Assembly (NCBI GenBank): GCA_012295275.1
Contig: CM022667.1
Span: 5,642,001 to 5,706,000 of the forward strand
Reading direction: 5' to 3'
Source of the DNA: Chrysomallon squamiferum
Lineage: Eukaryota; Animalia; Mollusca
DNA length: 64,000 nucleotides
Made by a program: the position numbers and the translations under genes. Below the pieces are notes generated by a model. The model ran no database searches, had not been told where the DNA came from, and was given only the letters and a program-made list of their open reading frames with translations. This document shows, piece after piece, positions 13,071-24,481 of this stretch (position 1 is its first letter; every line of letters begins with the position of its first letter).

Positions 13071-16000
13071 TCATTTGTTAAGAGGTGTTCCAGTTTCATT
13101 TCTTAGTTCTTGACAATTTCCACTGACAGGCTTCGAATCCTTCTTACCTGTTTGGAAGAATAAAACAGACAGTAAACTTCAGCAGTTGAAATAAATCTTC
13201 TTAAGACTGCAGTGCTTAGACAAATGAAGATGTGCAAGTGATTGAAAAGTTATCTTTATTATCATTTTATCTTTTCATCTTTAAGCCAAGGTCATATTAC
13301 ATTAAAATCATCATAAAATCAATTAATAAAATAATTTAAAAAATAATAATAATAATAAAATTAAAAAACAATTAAAATTAAAAAATTAAAAAATAATAAA
13401 ATAGAATAAAACAAATAAAGCACTGTCTTTCCCCAGTCTCACAACTTTAATTTCTACTTCTAACCTCTTGTCATCAATTTCTCACTGATATGCTGGTCAT
13501 AATTTTGTGTATTGTCTGCTTCTACCATAGTTAGAACTTTACAATCAAATATTAAAACAGACCTATCTAGGAAAGACATCCATTATATTTAAATAATTTT
13601 CAATTAAAACCTATTCACATGTTTTAGAAATTATTAAAAGTGTATCTTAAAACTGTAAAACCACATTATAAAGTCACATTTTATATTTTTCATCAGTATC
13701 TGAGACCAACATCTTTGTATTATTTGTTCTCGTCTTTCCTCTTCTTCTTGTTGAACTCTTGTTGAAATTCAGTGAAATGTAACAGGTCTTACATCTTTAG
13801 CAAAATCTGACTCAAGTAAAAATTACAGACATTCCTTATGTGCTGTTTCATTAAATAATGTATATACTATTAAGAGAAAAAAGAAATTAAATATAAAATG
13901 TACTGTTTTGATTTATAACTAGTACAAAAAATATTAATGTTTTTGAAACTCACTGAGCTTTGACATCTTGATAACACCAACAGCACAGAAGACAGCCCCA
14001 AAGAGAAAACCAAGAGCACAGAATGCAACTGCTGCAATCCATGGCCCTTCAGTTTTGTCAACTGAAAGACAACACAAGTGTTGTAATGTTTGCTATATGA
14101 ATGTTGTTACCATGTAATCAGAATAATACAATAAATTAATGCATTCCTCTTCCAGATATACCCAACTAGTTCTTAAATATAATTAATAGTGATCAAATGA
14201 CAAGTAAAATATAAAACTGAAAATGTTTTTTGAGTTAACTGAAAGCAGGAAAATGTTTAATGCTGAACAAAATGTCTACTTACCATCTGTCTTAACAGCC
14301 AAGAGAATAGCTGTAACAACTGCAGTTACGATAACACAAGCTCCAACCACTATCAAAACTATTCCCAGTGTCTTCAGAATTTTGTCTAAAATTACACAAT
14401 AAATTCAATTAAACTGTAAATAATAATAATAATAAGAAGAAGAATAATAATAATTAAAAAAGATGAAATTATATAAATAATAATAAACAAATAAATAATC
14501 AGATTGAATAATATAAAACAGCAGTAGAAAAGAGTAAATAAAAAATATAAAGAAAAAAATAAGAATAACATAAATAAATAAATAAAAACATGTACTACTG
14601 AAAATAGTTCATTGTTAATTAGTTTCCAAAAAGTTTACTTTTATAGAAATCATTTCATGAACAGAGAAGTGGTGCACAATTTTTGTTTATGTAGAAATGT
14701 AAGATTTTACATTCGTTGAACCTATACATCTGTAAATAATATCTGTCAAAATTTGTCAAAGATTTGGAAAGCAATCTTTGAAACTCAAAGTCTCTGCAAC
14801 CAATGGCCCAAACTTCATAACAAAAAATACTGGTCAGTGTTGAACTGCATCCTTCAAAGGCTTCTCATCACTTCCAGTTATCACCTTTAGAATAAAATCT
14901 CTACCAAGTTATAATACCAGGAGGATATATGAAAAAAAAGAGAGAAAAGTCTGAGTCTGGAAAGGATTTTTCTTTTAGCATTGACATGTTTAATGCACTG
15001 ATATGTATAAACAGATCAGTATGGATTACTGCTTCAGATATACGTAATTTGACTAGGGGCTACATATCAGGACTTCAGTGTGTGTAGCTGCTGACAGATT
15101 CATCCAATACAAAATATATCCTATGGCCTCAGACATCCATACCTTGATTCCTGACTTGTAAATCAATTATGTCTAGATTTGTTATATTTTCTTATTGACA
15201 TCCTGGGCTGAAGATCATTTAAAGGTTACATAATACACAAGGTCAAACAAAAGGTAAAATGGTTATGAATACTCGAATTCTTTACTAGAAGTAATACATT
15301 TTTTGTTTCCTATAAATTTACTTTCCAGTAATAGCAGTGGAATGAACAATTGGTTGCTGTGAACATACATACATACAAAAGAAAAATGTATCCACACACA
15401 CACACACGCACATAACACACACACAGTTTGCCACGTCAATCACCTACTAGAACAAAATGGTCCTATGCTAACTGGAAACTAGATGAAGTAGGTTACTAAT
15501 ATGGCAAAACACAGTGTTACACACTACTTCAATCATGTAGCACAACCCAGCCACGTTTTGTTCAGTGTCAACATTGAGTAAAATTTAATCTTATTAAGAA
15601 ATCAGAAAGAAAACAAAATACTCTGATGTGACTGTGTGCCTAGCATGATGAGTTGTGGTATGTATAACATGTTTTTCTGTGTCATTTGTATCTACATATG
15701 CAACATTGGATGAATCTCAAAGATAAAACAAACAGAAAAACTAAAACTGACCATCAAATGGCTCCTTCACCACTAGAATGAGGATGACAATTCCAACTAC
15801 AATCAGAACTGCAAGTACAGCAGACACTGCAATACACCAGTCAAGTGATTCACCAGGACCTGTAATAAATAAATATACATTAACAGCCACCTTCTTCTTT
15901 CACAGAAATGTTTCTTTGTGTCAAATATTATATTAAGGTACTTTAGTTATATATGTGAAAGATCATACAAAGTGTGAAATGGTCAACCTGAAATTTCTTT

Positions 16001-16953
16001 ACTCATTTTCAAACAAACAAAAACTATTCTGAATTACATTAATAATAATAACAAAAATAATAATAAAAAAAACACAAGGTCTGAAATTGGTAATGATCTT
16101 GGAAAATTCTCATAGAACATCCAAGGCTTTCTGTTTTACAAGGTTGTCTTAGGAAGATCTCAAAGAACCTAATCTGCTGTGAGACTGGCATTCAGATACA
16201 TTGTGGAAATAGCTTTACATCCTGTTACTGTCTCTGGTGCAGTCTTACACAAGTTTACAAAGGTTATGTTACCCTCTACTTTGATAGTGTACTTTACAAC
16301 AGCTTGTTCTGATTACCAAATTAATTATTTTCACTTCATTGACTCACTACTTTGACCCAATAAAAACTAACTACAAAATTAAGCTCATTTCAAATCCAGA
16401 CATTATTATTGGCACCAGCACCTCATAAATGCACACAAGAGAGACAGAAGATATAAGGGTGGTTATGCTAGCAGCTGGCATTTTACAAGGTTGGGCATAT
16501 ATGGCAGTATGTGTGTGTTCATAGAAGCTGTGTTTTAAACTGTTTTATTAGAAACATTTTTATTAATCAGTCAGATTGTTTTCCAACAGCAACAGTTTGA
16601 ATGTTGGTGTTTAAAATTCTAATCATATTTATACAACTTGATGTAAAATTTCACTTGGATAGAAATAATTTACACTTCAGTTATTGCATTCAGGAAACTA
16701 TTGTTTAAACTCTTGAACATATTTATAGAAACTTGATTTAAAACTTGACTGGAATTTGAAACATTAAGTTTATAGTTAGACTTACCAATGCTTTCATAAT
16801 CATGGTAATATTAATATGTTAAAATGCATTACTGAAAGCAACATTTATAAAAACGTTGTTTATTCATTGTTGATGAGATTTTAGATTTCGTTTCCTGGTT
16901 GCATTAACAGAAAAAATAAAAATAATATAAGAACAATAATAATAACACTAAAT

Positions 16954-17003
<50 letters not shown>

Positions 17004-18164
17004 ATTTAACATGCCTCTTAGCTGATGATGAGTCAAAAACAGAAGAAAAAATCCTTAAAGGCCGAGACTTTAATATTTTTTGTTATAATATCATATCACT
17101 AAAATGAAGTAGTAATATAACTGAGATGCTATGGTAAAGTTAGCACAGCACAAGTTAGTTATTTGTGTTGATGACAGCACCAGCAAATATCTTGATAAAG
17201 AAGAAATTGCAGGGAAGATGTGTGATAAATAGAATGAAGCAAATTAAACAGAAAGTACATGTTTAGTACATGCAGAATATTGATCAGTGTCACAATACTT
17301 AAATACTTCAAAATTATGATTGAAAATAAATGGCTAAAAATGAAATTCTGCATTCATTGTATAGTAAATTAAATTTAAATTAATAATTATTTTTCTTATA
17401 GTAATTTGCAAAATAGAATGACATTTATGTGATTAATATTTCACTCATACAGTCCCTTTATTATATTAATACTGGAAACACAGAATCATTACCCACAAAA
17501 TTATTTAAAATTTTATTAAATTAATACATTTTTAAGTTATAAAACACAGTTTATGTATTAAGATTTTATGACAATGATTAATTTTAATTTTACAAATATC
17601 TTACCTGTTTGTGGTGTTGTACTTTGACCTATGACATTGAAAAAAGAAAATTTAAATGAAGTAATAATGTTCTTTTTATTATTTTGTTTATCTTATATAT
17701 GTATATATTTATAGACACACACACACATACACACACACACACACACATATATACATACATACATGCAGTCTATTCAGACGTACGTAAGACAGAGAATATT
17801 CAAAATCCTAAACTACATACTTGAAAGTCGCAGGTTTCCCACCAAAAAATAGATTCACGCAAAAATTACGAAAGACAAAGAACGGCGTGCTTCGTGGGAA
17901 GCGATGATTACCCTTGGTTACTGAGAAACCCTTTTAAGGTTGTCTCGACGGCCGAACGGTAATATCGTCCGCCTTCGGAGTGCGGGCGAATGGGTTTGAG
18001 TCTTGTCATTATATTTGACGGGGTTTGTGATGTCCTGACTTTGTCCTTCTGCGCCAGTGCGTAACCAAATATTGTCTATGTGCAGAGTCTATTCAGACGT
18101 ACGTAAGACGAAAAATATTCAAAATCCTAAACTACACACAAACATGCATACATACATACATATT

Positions 18165-18196
<32 letters not shown>

Positions 18197-20236
18197 TACA
18201 TACACATTTAATACGCCTCTTAGGTGTTCATATGAGTCAAAAATGATAAATACTTTTTAATTGCAAATGACTCTGATTTTAACTTTTTTCAGGCCTTGAC
18301 CTCCACTTTTTTGATTGGTAGCCCACAATAGATATTGGTAATACATTTTTAAAATAAAATAAATGATATGTTTTTGTTTTTTATCTCCAAACAACAATTT
18401 TATACATGGGTTAACATTTTCTTTTCTTCGTTGAACATCACCATTCAAATTCCTTTCATGAAGGCAGAAAAAGGCCTCCAGAGCCCCCTTTTTAATAGAA
18501 AAATAACTGAAATGAGCTTTACACTGTACAGACTGTATTTTTAAAATTATTTATGTAATGCTAATGCCACAAAATACAGGCTTTACTAATACCTTTATAT
18601 CAATTTTTGTTTGTTTCAGGTTGTTAGGAAAACTACAAATAAAATGACAAATATATTCTTCTATTTCTGTAGTCACATTGCACAACTGCCAACATTTCAT
18701 GTCAATACCAGGTTTGGATTCTGGCATCTGAGGTAGATATCAGTAGACTCGGCAATATCGGTGCATACAATCTGTGAACAGTCGCTGTTGGCTCTTTGAC
18801 TGTCTATCACATTATGAAACAGAAAACACAGCTAAGGAATATTATGCATATAAATATTTAAACCTTAATTTCATATACTTGGATTTGTAGATTATCTATC
18901 TTACTTACATAATGACAGTAACATGTTTAGATAATAAAGATTAATTTATATCAACTTACTTTCACATGTTACTCTGTGTTTGTTGCTTTGTGTTTTATCT
19001 TTTTGAAGTGAGCACCACCAGTCAGTAAGATCTCTATCTGCAACATTATTTATCTTCAGATTGTAAGTTTTACTTTCTGATGTCGTTTCTTCTGTTCCAC
19101 TTCCACAACTTACAACATAACCTGGCGGTGGATCACCGAACACACCACATCCTCTTGTAGGAGATTGTTCTATTGAAGTAATGGCAATTGATGATGTTTG
19201 CCTATTGAACAATACAAGATCATCAAGCCCAGCAGCATCTGTCACTGTACAGGTCAGAGTGTAAGATGGACAATTCGGTGAGCCGGACAATTTCAATGAA
19301 AAACCTACAAGACATGAAACAAAAAGTAAATAAATTAAACTTTTATTATTAGACTGTATTATTATGGTGAGTTGTTTTTCTTCAGGGTTTTTTGTTTGTT
19401 TCTTTGTTGTTTTTGTAAATTTATTAATTTTAATTTATGTGCTTCTAAAATGTATTTCATAGATATTACTTATTGATGAAAACATTATAAATAAACAAGA
19501 GAAATAAAAAAATGAAGTAAACAATAACAGATCACAAGATCAGGTAAATACTGGAATTTCAAACTGAACACACATTATCATGTCTAAGCATTATTTATGT
19601 ACCTCCACCAATACTGTTTATAGATCACCAGTTACATGCTGTCAAATTCAAAGATCAAAATGATAATTATTTAATTATTCATATTTTGTGTGATGTCATA
19701 TGCACTGACTCAGTAACAACATTTCAGGATAATGAGAACTAATATGAAAACACAGTTAAATGTTCAACAACCAAACATAATGTTGTGTTCATAGACAAAA
19801 TACAATGCTATAATATAAAGTGGCTAAGGTACATACAGCATAACATTTTTATTTTCATTCCTCAGCTATTTTATTTTCTTTATTTTAATATTTTATTTGT
19901 TGTTTTTTATACACATTAACTTTTAAGTCAGACAAATGAAAGCATATATGTGTCTGTGTTATTTCACCATTGCAAACGCTTGTATTTGTGCGTATATTTT
20001 ACGTTCCCAAAACCATTTATTGTATCCGGCAAAATATTCGATATCTTAGAATATACAACGGTAACTGTATCACAGTTATCTGGTGAGTGACCTAATATGC
20101 AAGATTACCTAATAATAGTGAAATCAATTATTTACACAAACACTGAAAGAACATCCCAGTGTAAAAACTAACCTAAGCAAATACCAACATGTAGAAGAAA
20201 TATCCACAGAAACAAACACCTCAAATCAGACGCCAT
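13071..20236 (-). CDS. Gene E: single V-like Ig domain plus three transmembrane segments (~275 aa)
   Basis: Leader 20236-20173 (MASDLRCLFLWIFLLHVGICL); V-like exon 19304-18960 (LTCTV...LFNR...WWCSL); 24-nt stalk 17628-17605 (SQSTTPQT); TM1 15859-15752 (WCIAVSAVLAVLIVVGIVILILVV); TM2 14385-14284 (LGIVLIVVGACVIVTAVVTAILLAV); TM3 14061-13954 (WIAAVAFCALGFLFGAVFCAVGVI); last exon 13147-13071 (SKKDSKPVSGNCQELRNETGTPLNK*). All junctions are GT/AG and phase 1, giving an open 828-nt frame. Confidence 0.8.
17764..18135 (+). mobile_element. tRNA-derived (SINE-like) insertion bounded by ~55-bp direct repeats, in an intron of gene E
   Basis: Direct repeats (gtctattcagacgtacgtaagac...aatattcaaaatcctaaactaca) at ~17764-17816 and ~18081-18135. 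The CpG-rich interior has A-box-like cggccgaacgg and B-box-like gggtttgagtc at ~17941-18010. Flanked by CA/CATA microsatellites. Confidence 0.55.
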
Positions 20237-20621
20237 TTTCCTTTTTGTACAAAGAATCCTAGTTGTACGAGTCCTTTCAAGCCAACTGGTTTAGGTGGCT
20301 GTGAGTCGGAAAAATGAAAAAGGCAATCAAAAAAGAAAAAAGAAAAAAAAGAAAAAAACAGAAAAAAACGATATTCTGTCAAAAACTGATACTATTATAA
20401 TGTATGGCATAAACTCTATTTCAAAAACATTTCTTTATTTTCACGTTATTGCTTTACTGTCTTATAAACCATGTTTTAACCACTTTTAATAACCTCAGTC
20501 AAGTTTGCTGTTATTTACAAACCAAAACCTAATTCGGTTGTATTGAATGGTCCCGATGCCTGCTTATTGATAATTTACTTCCTGCCCTGTGTCGTGATTC
20601 CGGGCTAACGACTCTACATCG
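20237..20621. promoter_or_regulatory. Candidate bidirectional promoter between gene E (minus) and gene B (plus)
   Basis: Gene E ATG at 20236 sits in a YY1-like aaaatggcg context. A CpG-containing plus-strand segment with an ETS-like acttcctg (~20577) ends in a strong donor, catcg|gtgagt, at 20621. No TSS data. Confidence 0.45.
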
Positions 20622-22737
20622 GTGAGTGCTTTTTCATTTTTGAATTCATTATTTCTGTATAATATTTCAGTAAAAATGTCAAACGATACAAAAAAATGTT
20701 TGCTCATATCTAACATCGTTTGCTACTTTAAGTACATATTTTATTATTTATTATAATTATGTATCTGAGAAAGAGTACAGCCGTTTTTCTCTCAAGTATT
20801 TTTTCTCTTCAATAGGGACACTGAAAAGTGAAACAGCTTTTGTTGTGAAAATTTAAGAAAGGTATATTATTTATTTCAGTTATGTAAATTATTTATGTTT
20901 CTTTGATAAGCGTTTTCCTTCAGTAAGAATCAATCCCAACAACTGCGAACAAATACCGCAGGTAAATATCAATATGCAAGAATGCTATATATGTATTTAA
21001 TTAAGGAAGTTTTGTATAAAGTTATGTTTTTCATAATAGCTGGGGATGTTAAATTGATTATGGCTGTTACAACTGAATGCTTAAATCCACAATCACTGAT
21101 ATAACCTTTGCTCACAAAGATATATGGCTTCATCTCTCCCCGGACTGTTGTATATTCACTTATGCATTTGCATTAAACATAGATCCAGAGTTATATTTGA
21201 ATTGAAGTTAACAAGCAAGTTGCTAAAAGGACAGAAATTAATGCTCATGAGACATTGTTTGTCCCTCCACCAAATCAAAATTAATATAAAAAAGTAAAAG
21301 TTTGTCACAGCATAGTTTAAGGGGAGTAAGAATACCATCTAAATTTGCAATGCAGAACTAAGTTAACCCACATGATTAGCAGAGCAAGCGGAAACTTCAG
21401 CTTGCTGATTTTATGATTATTGCCTTCAAATAATGTCAGAAATTTGTATGGCTGCCAGAAATATTTCATGCACCACATTGTATTGCTTTTTTTGTTGTTT
21501 ACTGTTTAATATTGCATAAACATAAAAAAAACAAGAATGCTAAGGAAATAACAAAGATCTCAAGAATTACCTACCCATGTGCAAACTTACACATGATTGC
21601 TTTACTGTCTTACAAACCGGTTTTGACAACTTTTAATAATCTCATTCAAGTTTGCTGTTATTTACGAACCAAAACCTAATTCAGTTGTAATGATTGGTCC
21701 CGATGCCTGCTTATTGATAATTTACTTCCTGCACCGTGTCGTGATTCCGGGCTAACGACTCTACATCGGTGAGTGCTCTTTCATTTTTGAATTCATTATT
21801 TCTGTATAATATTTCAGTAAAAATGTCAAACGATACAAAAAAAAATGTTTGTTCATATCTAACATCGTTTGCTACTTTAAGTACATATTTTATTATTTAT
21901 TATAATTATGTATCTGAGAAAGAGTACAGCCGTTTTTCTCTCAAGTATCTTTTCTCTTCAAAAGGGACACTGAAAAGTGAAACAGCTTTTGTTGTGAAAA
22001 TTTAGGAGACGGAGATTATTTATTTCAATTTTGTTAATTATTTATATTTCTAAGTAAGCGTTTTCCTTCAGTAACGATCAATCCCAACAGCTGCGAAAAA
22101 ATACCGCAGGTAAATATCAATATCCACCAATGCTAAATATGTATTTAATTAAGTTAGTTTTGGATAAAGTTATATTTTTCATAATAGAGAGGAACGTTAA
22201 ACTTGATTATGGCAGTTAAAAGTGAATGCTTAAATCCACAATCACTGATATAACCTTTGCTCACAAGGATATATGGCTTCATTTCTTCCCTGACTGTTGT
22301 ACAGTTACTTATGCATTTACATTAAACATAGATCCAGAGTTATATTTGAATTGAAGTTAACAAGCAAGTTGCTAAAAGGACAGAAATTAATGCTCATGAA
22401 ACATTGTTTGTCCCTCCACCAAATCAAAATTAATATAAAAAAGTAAAAGTTTGTCACAGCATAGTTTAAGGGGAGTAAGAATACCATCTAAATTTGCAGT
22501 GCAAAACTAAATTAACCCACATGATTAGCAGAGCATGCGAAAACTTCAACTTGCTGATTTTATGATTATTGCCTTCAAATAATTTCAGAAATGTTGATGC
22601 CTACCAGAAATATTTCATGCACCACATTGTTTTGCTTTTTCTTGATTACTGTTTAATATTTCATAAACATAAAAAACAAGAATGGTAAGGAAATAACAAA
22701 GATCTCAAGAATTACCTAGCCATATGCAAACTTACAT
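20450..22737 (+). repeat. Tandem duplication, two units of ~1147 bp, each with the candidate non-coding first exon of gene B
   Basis: ~20450-21596 and ~21597-22737 align along their length. The matching donors at 20621 and 21768 are 1147 bp apart. Confidence 0.92.
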
Positions 22738-22744
22738 AAACTGC

Positions 22745-22877
22745 TACAAAAATATCAAAACGGAGACCAGAGAAGGCACTGAGTGAAAAATAAACAATAA
22801 TGCAAGCTGGAATCAGAAAAGTGACTGAACATGTTAGAAGATGGAAGTGGTCCTGGGCTGGACACTTCAGTAAATAA
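22745..22877 (+). mobile_element. Degenerate non-LTR retrotransposon (RTE-like) fragment
   Basis: One frame reads AGIRKVTEHVRRWKWSWAGHFSK*, resembling the KWxWAGH motif C-terminal to the RT domain of RTE-clade LINEs. It abuts the end of the tandem duplication. Confidence 0.45.
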
Positions 22878-24358
22878 TCAAGACTTAAAAAACCTGTGAT
22901 GACAGGAATATTTACATTTTTTATAGACAGCACCCTAAAATTACATAACTGATCTTGCAGGAACTTTTACTGTTTAATACATATTCATAAATGCACTTTT
23001 TATTATTTGTTATTCAACAAATTCATAAAATCGGATTATTTTGTCTGAACAGAAATATGGGAGAACACTGGCTTTGTTAACTCTGTTCTATTCTTGTACG
23101 TTGATATCAATTCAGTTTTGCAGTAAGTAGAAATAATACAATAACTTTGAAGTATACAAAATATATATAGACTATTTCTTTGAATGTAAACTTGTATCTT
23201 TGGTGTATCTTCTAATCATGCATTTCTTTTCTCAGATAATTATGTTTCTATGATTTAAAAATTGTGGATGTTCCAGTGTTAGATGCCAGTTTCGATACGT
23301 TAATGATGATCATTTCACACACACACACATACAGACACACACACACACAGACACACACGCAGACACACACACAACACCAGCAACAGCAACAACAATAAAC
23401 ACACACAAATATTTTATGTAAACACAATTAATGAAAAGATGAAATAGTATTCAGCTAAATAATTAAAAGTTAATGATAAGCTGGACATGAAAATAATTAA
23501 CATTAAAAAAGTTACTTTTAATCTTTATTCTAATTTTTTTTCTGCTTATTTAATATAAAGAAATTAAAACAATTGAAAATCTAAACCAAACAAATAACTG
23601 CTAATAAATGATAACTTGAAAACAGTGTTTTCTCTTGTAGTATTCATACACCTAGGTAAAAACATAATCATCACACTGGAGTATTTCATACCTTTCAGTT
23701 AGGCCAAACAAGCTTACTTCAATTTGTCCATGATCTGAAAATGTTCCTCTTTCAGCATCAGTACCGAATTTGCACCACTGACCTTTTTTTTATTAGAAGC
23801 ATTTTTTCAAAGCGTTATTCTTGCCTTTCTATCCTGTATTTATGGAATCCATTTAAAAAGCCCAAATAATTAATCAACTGTTATGATTATTTTGTCACGA
23901 TATAGGGAGAACAGATTGAGCTCCAGGATGTAGTAGTTTTGTTATCTTTTTTTCTTTTATCAGAACATCGTAATGGAGATTTGTATTCAAAATAAATTAC
24001 AAAAATAATGATACTGCATGATGTCATTAGTTCTTCTTATCTTTTAACAATTGTTGGCAATGAATGACAGATGTTTCATTTCCAAGAAATTGTCAAGAAA
24101 TTATATTGAAAAGTTAGACAATGTGTACAATGGCCAACTGTAGATGCTGACTGTAAAATATATATACATACTTACATCATCCGTTTGAATTTGCCACAAT
24201 AATAATTTATCAGTAAATCATTGCAACATAAAATACATTAACACCGATCCACGCATTTTGATCTAGATTGTCCTGTTGTTGTAATAATAATAATAATAAT
24301 ATTAAATGATCTGAATGAAATCATTAATATTTACTAATATGACTATTTCTAGACTAAC

Positions 24359-24444
24359 ATGGATTTGAAAACAATCACTGAAGTTGCACTGCTCCTCTTT
24401 CTTCCTGCTTTTAATGCAGTTAAAGGTAACTATTGAGTATTTAT

Positions 24445-24481
<37 letters not shown>

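Noticed and set aside
17941-18010. Functional tRNA gene
   Set aside because: The B box and stems are degenerate, I could not fold a clean cloverleaf, and it is embedded in a repeat-flanked insertion.
13071-20236. Calling gene E a CD47 ortholog
   Set aside because: Three TM segments rather than five, and no recognisable sequence similarity. Only the architecture is comparable.
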